From an uncultured Ectothiorhodospiraceae bacterium (lineage in GTDB: Bacteria > Pseudomonadota > Gammaproteobacteria > Steroidobacterales > XN24), in NCBI GenBank assembly GCA_964582505.1, contig CAZOSZ010000001.1, positions 1 to 42,829 of the forward strand: a stretch of 42,829 bases of DNA. The letters run 5' to 3'. Made by a program: the position numbers and the translations under genes. Positions 18,911 through 27,945 of the stretch are shown piece by piece. A model generated the notes under the pieces. It was not told where the DNA came from and did not search any database. It saw only the letters and a program-made list of their open reading frames with translations. How positions within the stretch are numbered: position 1 is the first letter of the stretch; every line of letters begins with the position of its first letter.

Positions 18911-21349
18911 ATGGGAGACGTCCGTTATGCCTTGCGTTCACTGGGCAGAAGCCCGGGCTTCACGACGGTTGCGGTGCTGACCCTCGCACTGGGAATCGGC
19001 GCGAACGTCGCGCTGTTCAGTGTCATCAGGGCGGTCATGCTCGAGCCCCTGCCATACCGGGACCCCGCCGGCGTTGCGATGATCTGGAGCCAGTGGAGCG
19101 CGTATCCCAAGACCTGGGTATCCATGCCCGAGTATCACCAGTATCGCGAGCACTTGCAGAGTTTCGACGACCTGGCACTGTTCCAGTCCTTCGAGCTGAA
19201 CATCACCGAAGGCGAGGCCGAGCGAGTCAAGGCGTCAACGATCACCACCAATCTGCTGCGCGTGCTCGGGATCACACCGGTGGCCGGCCGCGACTTCAAT
19301 GACGAGGACGGCATCGAGGGGCGAGACGATGTGGTGATCATCAGCCATGGACTGTGGCAGGCGCGCTACGCGGGTGATCCCGGCATCGTCGGCAATGCGA
19401 TCTCGATCAGCGGCAGGCCCAGACTGGTGGTGGGCGTGCTGCCGAGGGGATTCAGGCTTCCGCTGGACTTCGCCGGGGGCGAACCGTCACAGGTCTTCCT
19501 GCCGCTGGTCGTGGAGCCGAATACCGGCGCCATACCTCATGCGGGCGGCAGCCATTCGTACTTTGCAGTCGGCCGGCTGCTGCCGGGCGTCAGCGAGGCG
19601 GCGGCCAATGCAGAACTCGAAGCTCATGTGCGCCGGCTCACCGATCAGGGCGTCTATGGACCCGACATGGGTTTTCGTGCATTCGTCGTGACGGCATCGA
19701 ACGAGGTCGCCGGCCCGTTGCGTCCGGCTCTGATGGTGCTGCTCGGGGCGGTGATACTGGTGCTGCTGATCGCCTGCGCGAACGTCGCCGGCCTCGCGCT
19801 GGCGCGAGGCGAGGATCGGCGGCACGAGTTTGGGGTCCGCGCCGCTCTGGGTGCGGGCCGCACACGGCTGGCGCGACAGCTGCTGATCGAGAGCCTGATG
19901 CTCGGCGGCGCCGGCGCGCTGATCGGCGTGTGGATTGCCTGGCTGTGCGTGCAACTCATCACGACGACTGCACCTGAGCGGCTGGCGCGCCTGGCCGACG
20001 CCTCGGTCGATGCCCCCGTGATGGGCTTTGCCATCTTCCTGGCAATGCTTGCCTCGATACTGGCCGGGCTGATGCCGGCGGTCTATGCGGCGCGCGTGAA
20101 TCCGCATGGCAACCTCAGGGAGGGGGGTTATGGCCACACGGCGGGGCGTTCCCGGCATGCCGCGCGCCGCGGCATCGTCGCCGCGCAGGTGGCGCTTGCG
20201 GTCGTGCTGGTGACCGGGGCGGGGCTCAGCCTTCGAAGCTTCTGGAACATCGTGGCGCTGGACCCAGGATTCGATGCGAACAACGTGCTCACCATGCGGC
20301 TGGCGCCAAATGCGGTTTTCTACCCTGACGATGCAGCGGTGAGCGGGTACTACGGGGAACTGTTGCGCCGTGTACGCGGGTTGAGCGGAGTCGAACAAGC
20401 GGGCCTGGTTCGGCTGTTGCCGATCGATACCGAGATGGGCGACACCTGCGTGGAGGTCGAGCGGTACGCTGCACCCCACGGACATTGCCCGCCGGCGGAG
20501 TGGCAGGCCGCGAGTCCCGGTTACTTCGAGGCCATGGGCGTGCGCCTCGCCGAGGGCAGGATGTTCACGGATGGGGATGACCGGGACGCGGCTCTGGTTG
20601 CGGTCGTCAACGAGGCATTCGTCCGTCGCTACATCCCGGACGGCGACGCCCTCGGCACGCGCATTCGCTTCGCATTCAGGGAAGGGCTGCCCTGGCATAC
20701 CATCGTCGGCGTGGTGGCCGACGTCAGGCACAATGCAGTGACCGCCCAAGCCAGACCCACGTTCTACAGGCCGCACGCCCAGTGGGCCGTGCCCGCCGGC
20801 TCGCCACAACGCACCATGACACTGGTGGTCCGCGCTCGGCAGGAGTTCGAGGTGCTGACCACGTCGATTCGAGAAGTCGTGCAGGCGCTCGACGCCCGCG
20901 TCCCATTGTCAAGGATCCAGACGATGGACGAGATCCTCGGCAACGCGGTGGCCCAGCCACGTTTCACGCTGCAGTTGCTCGGTGCCTTCGCAATGCTTGC
21001 GCTTGGGCTTGCGGCGATCGGCATCTACGGTGTCGTCTCATACACGGTGGCAGCGCGTCGCCGCGAGCTGGGTATCCGCATGGTGCTGGGCGCCAGTCGC
21101 GGGGCCGTTACCTGGCTCTCGCTGCGTGATGGCCTCGTGAATGCGGCGTTCGGCTCCGCGCTGGGCCTGGCCGCCGCGTACTTCAGTATGCGCGCCTTGG
21201 CTGGCCTGTTATACGAGGTCGATACGGCCGATCCTGCCACTTACCTGGGTGTGATCGGCTTGCTTGGCGCGGCGGCGCTGCTGGCGAGCTGGTTGCCGGC
21301 ACGCCGCGCCGCGCGCATCGACCCGATGGTGGCCCTGCGGGAGGAGTGA
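18911..21349 (+). CDS. ADOP-type ABC permease #7 (812 aa)
   Basis: Motifs DVRYALRSL, ALGIGANVALFSV, LLIACANVAGLALAR, ELGIRMVLGA, RIDPMVALREE. Confidence 0.95.
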   Translation: MGDVRYALRSLGRSPGFTTVAVLTLALGIGANVALFSVIRAVMLEPLPYRDPAGVAMIWSQWSAYPKTWVSMPEYHQYREHLQSFDDLALFQSFELNITEGEAERVKASTITTNLLRVLGITPVAGRDFNDEDGIEGRDDVVIISHGLWQARYAGDPGIVGNAISISGRPRLVVGVLPRGFRLPLDFAGGEPSQVFLPLVVEPNTGAIPHAGGSHSYFAVGRLLPGVSEAAANAELEAHVRRLTDQGVYGPDMGFRAFVVTASNEVAGPLRPALMVLLGAVILVLLIACANVAGLALARGEDRRHEFGVRAALGAGRTRLARQLLIESLMLGGAGALIGVWIAWLCVQLITTTAPERLARLADASVDAPVMGFAIFLAMLASILAGLMPAVYAARVNPHGNLREGGYGHTAGRSRHAARRGIVAAQVALAVVLVTGAGLSLRSFWNIVALDPGFDANNVLTMRLAPNAVFYPDDAAVSGYYGELLRRVRGLSGVEQAGLVRLLPIDTEMGDTCVEVERYAAPHGHCPPAEWQAASPGYFEAMGVRLAEGRMFTDGDDRDAALVAVVNEAFVRRYIPDGDALGTRIRFAFREGLPWHTIVGVVADVRHNAVTAQARPTFYRPHAQWAVPAGSPQRTMTLVVRARQEFEVLTTSIREVVQALDARVPLSRIQTMDEILGNAVAQPRFTLQLLGAFAMLALGLAAIGIYGVVSYTVAARRRELGIRMVLGASRGAVTWLSLRDGLVNAAFGSALGLAAAYFSMRALAGLLYEVDTADPATYLGVIGLLGAAALLASWLPARRAARIDPMVALREE
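21272..21349 (+). repeat. 78-nt direct repeat, copy 2 (3' tail of permease #7)
   Basis: 72/78 identical to 18827-18904 by manual alignment. Confidence 0.85.
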
Positions 21350-21350
21350 C

Positions 21351-22259
21351 ATGCGCAACCTGAACGTCTGGAGCATTTTGCTGTTGATCGCGCTCGCGTC
21401 GGCCACGGTGCGTGCCGTGGAGATCAGCGAGCACTGCCGTGGCGACGAGCATCGCCAGTTCGACTTCTGGCTCGGCGCCTGGGAAGTCCATGGTGCCGAC
21501 GGCCAGCTGGCCGGCCACAACGATATTCGGCGCGTCGCCGGAGGCTGCGCGCTGCAGGAGAGCTGGCGCGGGGTCAGGGGCGGCGAGGGCATGAGCATCA
21601 ACAGCTACGACGCCGATACGAAGCGGTGGACCCAGCGCTGGGTCGGCGTCGGCGTCACGCTGTGGCTGGAAGGTGGGTTCGAGGAAGGGCGGATGGTGCT
21701 TACCTCGCCGGGGCAGCGCAGCACGCCGCGGGGACCGGTCATTGACCGAATCAGCTGGTCTGCCCTCGACGACGGCCGAGTGCGACAGCTCTGGGAGGTG
21801 TCCGGCGACCACGGCGCGAGCTGGCAGACGATTTTCGAAGGCTTGTATTCCAGGCTCGGGCCAGCCACCGGAGACAACACGGCACTGGTGCGTCAGGTGG
21901 CCGATACCGAGCGGGCGTTCGCCAAAACCATGGCCGATCGCGATTATGGCGGGTTTCAATCCTTCATCGCCGACGATGCGATCTTTCTGACCGGCGGAGG
22001 CGACGCGCTCCGTGGCAAGGCAACGATTGCGGCGCGCTGGAAGCGATTCTTCGACGGGCCTGCGGCCCCGTTCGCCTGGGATCCCGAACATGTCATCGTG
22101 CTTGATGACGGAACACTGGCACAGACCCACGGGCCGGTGATGGATGTAGACGGCAGGATCGTATCGCGTTTCCAGTCGGTGTGGCGCCGTGAATCCTCGG
22201 GTGAATGGCGCGTGGTGTTTGATAACGGCTACCCGGTGTGTCCCGTTCCTGGGCCATGA
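21351..22259 (+). CDS. Exported two-domain protein: DUF1579-like beta domain + NTF2/SnoaL-like (DUF4440/YybH-type) domain
   Basis: ATG 21351 lies 6 nt after GGAGG; signal peptide. Domain 1: EHRQFDFWLGAWEV...VRQLWEVSGDHGASW. Domain 2: QVADTERAFAKTMADRD...SVWRRESSGEWRVVFDNG. Confidence 0.8.
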   Translation: MRNLNVWSILLLIALASATVRAVEISEHCRGDEHRQFDFWLGAWEVHGADGQLAGHNDIRRVAGGCALQESWRGVRGGEGMSINSYDADTKRWTQRWVGVGVTLWLEGGFEEGRMVLTSPGQRSTPRGPVIDRISWSALDDGRVRQLWEVSGDHGASWQTIFEGLYSRLGPATGDNTALVRQVADTERAFAKTMADRDYGGFQSFIADDAIFLTGGGDALRGKATIAARWKRFFDGPAAPFAWDPEHVIVLDDGTLAQTHGPVMDVDGRIVSRFQSVWRRESSGEWRVVFDNGYPVCPVPGP

Positions 22260-22291
22260 CGGCGCCACAACAAATGAACAAGGGAGCGGCG

Positions 22292-24709
22292 ATGGGAACA
22301 ATCTGGTTTGACCTGAAGCTGGCGCTCCGCACACTGGCGCGCAGCCACGGCTTCGTCGCAGTGGCGGTGACGGTGATGGCGCTCGGCGTGGGGGCGACGA
22401 CCTTCGCCTTCATCGCCATCAACGGGATCGTCTTGAGCCCACTGCCGTACCCGGAAGCCGACGAGCTGGTGCACATTGAACTGGTTTCTCCGGACCAGCC
22501 CCGGGGTTTCGAGATCGGCATGCACGACCTGCGCGACCTGGCCGGCCGGCAGCAGTCCTTTCACAGCCTGTTCGCGTATTACAGCGGCACGCTGAATGTG
22601 AGCGACCATGAGCTGCCGATCCGCCATGACGGCGCGTTCGTGACGGCGAATGCCCTGCAACAGATCGGCGTGCCGCCACTTCTCGGCCGGCAATTCATGG
22701 ACGGCGAGGATCGCCCGGGCACGCCGCTTGTGGTGGTCATCGGCCGGGAGCTGTGGCGACAGCGCTACAACGAGGACCCGGACATCATTGGCCGGGTGAT
22801 CCGCGTGAACGGCGAGCCGGCCACGGTGGTTGGGGTGATGCCACAAGATTTCCAGTGGCCCCACCGCCACCAGATCTGGGTGCCGATGCGGCAGGACCTT
22901 GAGTCCCTGGCACGCGGTGACACCGTGACGGTCGAGGCATTCGGGCGTTTGCGCCCGGGCGTGACGCTGCAGCAGGCGAGTGCGGAGTTCGCCACGATGT
23001 ACGCTGCAGTGCTCGCAGACAACCCCGGCTGGAACGCCGGTGCGACGCCCTGGCTGAAGCCCTATCGGGAAGAGTTCGTTGGAGATCAAACTGCCGCGGT
23101 GCTTTCGGCCATGCAAGTGGCCACCCTGCTGGTGCTGCTGATTGCCTGTGCCAACGTCGCCAACCTCATGCTCGCGCGCACCTCGGCACGCCGTCGGGAA
23201 CTTTCGGTGCGTACTGCCCTGGGGGCAAGCCGCTGGCGAGTGGTATCCGGCACGCTGATCGAGAGTCTGCTGGTGAGCGTCGCGGGAGGTGCCATCGGCA
23301 TCAACATTGCCCGTGCCGGCGGCGCCGCGGTCGAGCGCTACCTGATCGAGAGCGGCGATCCGCTGCCTTACTGGATGAGTTTTGAAGTCGACTGGCGGGT
23401 GGCGGGATTCGCCTTCGCGGTCGCGTGTGCAGCGGGCGTTGCGGCCGGGCTCGCTCCGGCTCTACGGGCGGCGCGCCACGATGTGACCGAGGGACTGAAG
23501 GCGGGTGGAGGGGGCGGTTCGAGCGTCTCGGCCGGCCGTTTCACGCGCACCCTTGTGACCATCGAGATCGCGCTGAGCTGTGCGCTGCTCATCGGCGGCG
23601 CGATGGCGGTGCGCTCCGTTGTCAGTCTCCAGTTCATGTCCATCGGCGCGGACGTCAGCGGCGTGATGTCGGGGCGCATCGGGCTGTTCGATTCGCAGTA
23701 TCCCGACGAAGCCAGCAGGCGCCAGTTCTGGGCACAGCTGGAGGCGCGCATGGCGGAGCTGCCAGGTGTCAGCCATGTCGCCGTGACCACCAGCCTGCCG
23801 GCCTACAGCGCCGGTGTCAGCCCATACCTGCCCGAGGGTCGCGAGCCTCCGGCTGACGATCGTTACCCGGTGGCCCGTAGCGTCGTGGTCACTCCAGGTT
23901 TCTTCGAGACCTTCGACGTTCCCTTGCTGGCCGGGCGTAATTTCCATGCCAGCGACCGCGCCGAGACCCTGCCGGTGGTACTGGTCAACAGTACTTTCGC
24001 GGAACGCGCCTGGCCGGGCGAGGATGCCATCGGCAAGCACCTGCAACTTGGCGGTGCGAGTGCGACACAGCAGCACGTGACAGTCATTGGAGTGACCGGC
24101 GATGTCTATCACCAATCGCTCGACGATCCGCTGGAGCCGGCGCTCTACCTGCCGCTCGCGCAGGCCGACGCTCGCTTCGCCAGCATCGCCGCGCGAACGC
24201 CGGGGGACCCCGCGGCACTCGCCAACCCGATCCGTGAGGCAGTGCGTGCGGTCGATGCCGACCTGCCGATCTATTGGCTGGAGCCGGCACAAATGTGGGT
24301 TGACCAGCGCCGTTCCGGACACCGGCTGCTGGGCGTGATTTTCGGCCTGTTCGGCCTGGCGGCAGCGATCCTTGCCTCGGTGGGCGTGTACGGGGTGCTG
24401 GCCTTTGGCGTGGCACAGCGAACCCGCGAGTTCGGAGTGCGCCGTGCGCTCGGGGCCGATAAGAGCGGCATTGTCGGGCTGGTACTCGGCCAGGGGATGC
24501 GGCAGCTATTCATCGCGCTGCCGATCGGTCTCGTACTGGCCTTCGGGCTCGGCCAGATACTGCGAGAAGTGCTTGCCGTATCCAGCACGGATCCGCCGAG
24601 TTTTCTCGGCGTGCCACTGCTGATCGGCATCATCGTGATCGCGGCGAGCCTGGTGCCGGCCTTGCGGGCGGCGCGAGTGCAGCCGATGGAGGCGCTGCGT
24701 TACGAATGA
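22292..24709 (+). CDS. ADOP-type ABC permease #8
   Basis: Start ATG 22292 after AAGGGAG (MGTIWFDLKLALRTL). Motifs LLIACANVANLMLAR, AQRTREFGVRRALGA, RVQPMEALRYE. Confidence 0.94.
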   Translation: MGTIWFDLKLALRTLARSHGFVAVAVTVMALGVGATTFAFIAINGIVLSPLPYPEADELVHIELVSPDQPRGFEIGMHDLRDLAGRQQSFHSLFAYYSGTLNVSDHELPIRHDGAFVTANALQQIGVPPLLGRQFMDGEDRPGTPLVVVIGRELWRQRYNEDPDIIGRVIRVNGEPATVVGVMPQDFQWPHRHQIWVPMRQDLESLARGDTVTVEAFGRLRPGVTLQQASAEFATMYAAVLADNPGWNAGATPWLKPYREEFVGDQTAAVLSAMQVATLLVLLIACANVANLMLARTSARRRELSVRTALGASRWRVVSGTLIESLLVSVAGGAIGINIARAGGAAVERYLIESGDPLPYWMSFEVDWRVAGFAFAVACAAGVAAGLAPALRAARHDVTEGLKAGGGGGSSVSAGRFTRTLVTIEIALSCALLIGGAMAVRSVVSLQFMSIGADVSGVMSGRIGLFDSQYPDEASRRQFWAQLEARMAELPGVSHVAVTTSLPAYSAGVSPYLPEGREPPADDRYPVARSVVVTPGFFETFDVPLLAGRNFHASDRAETLPVVLVNSTFAERAWPGEDAIGKHLQLGGASATQQHVTVIGVTGDVYHQSLDDPLEPALYLPLAQADARFASIAARTPGDPAALANPIREAVRAVDADLPIYWLEPAQMWVDQRRSGHRLLGVIFGLFGLAAAILASVGVYGVLAFGVAQRTREFGVRRALGADKSGIVGLVLGQGMRQLFIALPIGLVLAFGLGQILREVLAVSSTDPPSFLGVPLLIGIIVIAASLVPALRAARVQPMEALRYE

Positions 24710-24727
24710 TGGCGAACGGGGGCGACC

Positions 24728-27058
24728 ATGTTTGAACTGAAAATCATCTTGCGGCGGCTGCTCAATAGTCCGGCCTACGCGGCGCCGGCCATCCTGATCG
24801 TGGCACTGGGCATTGGTGCGGTGGCGATCATTACGGCGTTTCTGCGCGGCGGATTGCTCAACGCATTTCCCTACCCGGAACCGGACCGCATCAGTTTCGT
24901 GTACGCACAGCGGGCCAGCGACAATACGGAACGCTGGCAGTTCTCCGGTCCGGAGATGGTGGCTGTGAGTGACGCGACGGCCGCCTTTTCTGACCTGGCG
25001 GCATTTGGCGGCGGTAGTTTCAATCTCACCGGCGGCGATTTCCCGGTGCGTGTCAGGGGCTTGACGGTCACTCATGAGTTTTTCCGCGTGTTCGGCGTCG
25101 AACCGATCCTGGGTCGCAGCTTCGACGTCGGTGATGCCGGGCGCTCTGACCTGGTGGTCGTCGGCGAGGAGTTCTACCGCCGGCATCTGGGCGCAGACCC
25201 CGGAAGGCTTGGTTCGGAGGTCATACTCAACGGCAGTCCGCGCGTCGTGATCGGCGTCGTCCCGGAGCGTTTCCGCTTCATCGGCGCCGAGGCGTTCGTG
25301 CACTATAGTCGTGACCCCGCGGCATTGCCGCCGGACCGTCACAGCCTGTATCTGATCGGACGGCTGCGACCCGGCGTCGACCTGCATGCGGCCGAGGACA
25401 TCATTGCCGCGACCTTGCAGCCGCTTGAGGCTGACTGGCGTTATCTGTTGCGGCCATTGACCGCCAACCTGGAGCGCATCGGACCATCGCTGGTGGCACT
25501 CGCGTTTGCCGTGCTTGTACTGCTTGGGCTCATTGTCACCAACCTGGGCGCCCTGCAGCTCGCGCGTCTCGAGCGTCGGCGCGTCGAGAATGCGATCATG
25601 GTTGCAACTGGCGCCACACCGGCGGTCGCGACACGGCAATGGCTGATCGAAAACTTTGTGCTGTTTGCGGCCGGCGCCGCGATAGGTCTCGCAGGCGCAG
25701 CGTATCTGCTTGATTTAGTAGTGAATCTTGTTCCGGAGCGCGCGGGAGGCATGGAGCTTCTGCCCCCGGAATCACGCGTCGTGCTCGATGCGCCCACACT
25801 GGCGACCGCTGTACTTACGGCGTTCATTGCGTCGGGATTGGTGGCCTGGGCGCCCGCACTGCGTGCACGTCGCTTGGACGTTGTCACTGAGCTGCACGGT
25901 TCAGGCGCAACCCGCCGGTCGCGCCTGCAAGGCATGCTGGTGCTCTGCCAGGTGGCCATCGCCACCCTGCTGGTGGCGATGACGGTATTAGTCGTGCATA
26001 GCCATGCGAGCCTGCAGTCACGCGAGCTAGGCTTCGACCCGCGTGCCGTGCGGACATTCCAGATCTCGCTGCCATCGCAGGACTACCCGGCAGCGTCGGA
26101 TCGCGCGGCCTTCTACGCGCACCTGGTCGAGCGCCTGCAGACGGTGCCGGGCATCGAGCGCGCCGGCGCCGCACACCTGTTGCCGCTGGAGGGCTTCCAA
26201 CCCCGCGCCGACATCCAGGTCCGCGGTGAGCGGGTTAACGTGCTGTTCAATCAGGTCGGCCCGGGCTATTTCGAAACCTTGCGTACTCCGCTGCGCACCG
26301 GGCGCATGCTCGGACTGCACGATCGCGCCGATTCGGAACCGGTGGCGCTCGTCAATCAGGCCTTTGCCGACCGACACTTCGGCGGCCAGGCAGTGGATCA
26401 GCTCATCGTGGATGCGGACGGCGCTGTGCGTCGTATCGTGGGTATCGTCGGCGATTCGCTCCAGCACTCTATCGGTGCTGAGCCAGAGCCGGAGTTGTAC
26501 CTGCCGCACGTGCAGGCGACCGATCCGCGCGGATGGTCGGCGGTCGTGGTACGCGGCACTCCGGGCCTGAACGACATTCGCACTGTGGTGGCAGAATTGG
26601 ACCCGGCAGTCCCGGTTTTCGCCATACGTACTCTGGGCGAGGTGTTGCAGTCCGCATTCGGCCTTTATCAATTGACGCGGGCGCTGCTGTTGATGTTCGG
26701 CATCAGCGCCCTGCTGCTGACTCTCACGGGGATCTACGGACTGCTGGCACAATTCGTCAGCCAGCGCCGGCGCGAGCTGGGCATACGCGCGGCGCTCGGC
26801 GCCGCGCCCTGGCGACTCTCGGCGTTGGTGATCTGGCGCTGTGCAGGCCTCGTGGGGGCGGGGCTGCTGATCGGGCTCGGTTCGGCGAGCCTCGCCGGAC
26901 GCCTGATCCAGGCCATGCTGGTTGAGGTCGCCCCCATTGAGCCTCGAATTCTGTTGTGGGCGATCGGCACGATCGCGCTGACCGCGCTGGCGGCCGCGCT
27001 GCCGCCCGCCGTGGCGGCCGCGCGGCTGCGGCCGGTCGAGGCACTGCGTTACCAATGA
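24728..27058 (+). CDS. ADOP-type ABC permease #9 (776 aa, divergent)
   Basis: Motifs ALGIGAV, FPYPEPDRI, GIYGLLAQFVSQRRRELGIRAALGA, RLRPVEALRYQ. First FtsX motif degenerate (LGLIVTNLGALQLAR). Confidence 0.92.
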   Translation: MFELKIILRRLLNSPAYAAPAILIVALGIGAVAIITAFLRGGLLNAFPYPEPDRISFVYAQRASDNTERWQFSGPEMVAVSDATAAFSDLAAFGGGSFNLTGGDFPVRVRGLTVTHEFFRVFGVEPILGRSFDVGDAGRSDLVVVGEEFYRRHLGADPGRLGSEVILNGSPRVVIGVVPERFRFIGAEAFVHYSRDPAALPPDRHSLYLIGRLRPGVDLHAAEDIIAATLQPLEADWRYLLRPLTANLERIGPSLVALAFAVLVLLGLIVTNLGALQLARLERRRVENAIMVATGATPAVATRQWLIENFVLFAAGAAIGLAGAAYLLDLVVNLVPERAGGMELLPPESRVVLDAPTLATAVLTAFIASGLVAWAPALRARRLDVVTELHGSGATRRSRLQGMLVLCQVAIATLLVAMTVLVVHSHASLQSRELGFDPRAVRTFQISLPSQDYPAASDRAAFYAHLVERLQTVPGIERAGAAHLLPLEGFQPRADIQVRGERVNVLFNQVGPGYFETLRTPLRTGRMLGLHDRADSEPVALVNQAFADRHFGGQAVDQLIVDADGAVRRIVGIVGDSLQHSIGAEPEPELYLPHVQATDPRGWSAVVVRGTPGLNDIRTVVAELDPAVPVFAIRTLGEVLQSAFGLYQLTRALLLMFGISALLLTLTGIYGLLAQFVSQRRRELGIRAALGAAPWRLSALVIWRCAGLVGAGLLIGLGSASLAGRLIQAMLVEVAPIEPRILLWAIGTIALTALAAALPPAVAAARLRPVEALRYQ

Positions 27059-27069
27059 GGCGGATCGAT

Positions 27070-27119
27070 GCAGGAGAGGCGTCAGGCCCGAACCGGGCCG
27101 CGGCTGAAGCCGCTCCCAC
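27070..27119. repeat. REP doublet (GTAG/GTGG-family-like), upstream of ATPase
   Basis: GCAGGAGAGGCGTCAGGCCCGA followed by the inverted unit CCGCGGCTGAAGCCGCTCCCAC; internal palindrome GCGGCT-GA-AGCCGC. Confidence 0.7.
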
Positions 27120-27222
27120 CAGCAACCCTGCGGAACCTCTCGAATGGGCCACCAGGGGCCCGAGGCGGACAGATCGTCGAGGCACGTCTGAAGAAACAGG
27201 TTTAGAAAAGCGGTTTAATTAT

Positions 27223-27882
27223 ATGATTAAGTTAAATAATATCGAGAGATCCTACAATGGCAAGGCGGGCCGCACCTGGGTCCTGCGGCAGATCAGGCTG
27301 AACATTGGCAGGGGAGAATTCGTCAGCGTGATGGGGCCATCCGGAGCGGGCAAGACGACGCTTCTGAACATCCTCGGCATGTTCGACGGCGAGTGGACCG
27401 GCGAGTACTGGCTCGACGGTCAGGCGGTGCACGAGCTGCCGCAGAAAAAGCGCGCCGAGCTTGGCCGGAAGCACATCGGCTTCGTCTTCCAGCAGTACCA
27501 CTTGCTGGACGAACTGACGGTCTATGAGAACCTCGAGATCCCGCTGACCTATCGTGATGTGCCGCGCAAGGAGCGGGAGGGAATCGTCGCCGACATGCTG
27601 GATCGCTTCGGGGTCGTCGGCAAGAAGGATCTCTATCCGTCACAATTGTCCGGAGGCCAGCAGCAGCTCGTCGCGGTGGCGCGCGCCATGGTGGCCAGTC
27701 CGTCGCTGATCCTTGCCGACGAACCGACCGGAGCACTGCACTCGGACCACGGCCGCATGATCATGCAGACGCTGAAAAAGCTGAACGAGGCGGGCACCAC
27801 AATCGTCCAGGTCACGCACTCCGAGGAAAACGCCGCTTACGGTGACCGGGTCATCCGCCTGCGCGACGGCTGGCTGGACTGA
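27223..27882 (+). CDS. ABC transporter ATP-binding protein (LolD/MacB-type), 219 aa
   Basis: Start at ATG 27223 ([11 protein letters not shown]). Walker [21 protein letters not shown], Walker [14 protein letters not shown] switch. Confidence 0.96.
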   Translation: MIKLNNIERSYNGKAGRTWVLRQIRLNIGRGEFVSVMGPSGAGKTTLLNILGMFDGEWTGEYWLDGQAVHELPQKKRAELGRKHIGFVFQQYHLLDELTVYENLEIPLTYRDVPRKEREGIVADMLDRFGVVGKKDLYPSQLSGGQQQLVAVARAMVASPSLILADEPTGALHSDHGRMIMQTLKKLNEAGTTIVQVTHSEENAAYGDRVIRLRDGWLD

Positions 27883-27924
27883 GAGGCATTGGCCCCGACG
27901 GGTCGCGGCTGAAGCCGCTCCTAC
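27881..27924. repeat. REP doublet downstream of ATPase
   Basis: GAGAGGCATTGGCCCCGA-CGGG-TCGCGGCTGAAGCCGCTCCTAC; the reverse complement of the second unit reads GTAGGAGCGGCTTCAGCCGCGA. Confidence 0.75.
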
Positions 27925-27933
27925 GGTTGCGCT

Positions 27934-27939
27934 TATACT
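27934..27939 (+). promoter_or_regulatory. Candidate sigma70 -10 box (TATACT), possibly a leaderless transcript
   Basis: TATACT ends 6 nt before ATG 27946; no SD visible; no convincing -35. Confidence 0.4.
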
Positions 27940-27945
27940 CGGCAA

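Noticed and set aside
27181-27196. GGCACG as a sigma54 -24 element before the ATPase
   Set aside because: The -12 position reads GA, not GC, and the preceding base is not T.
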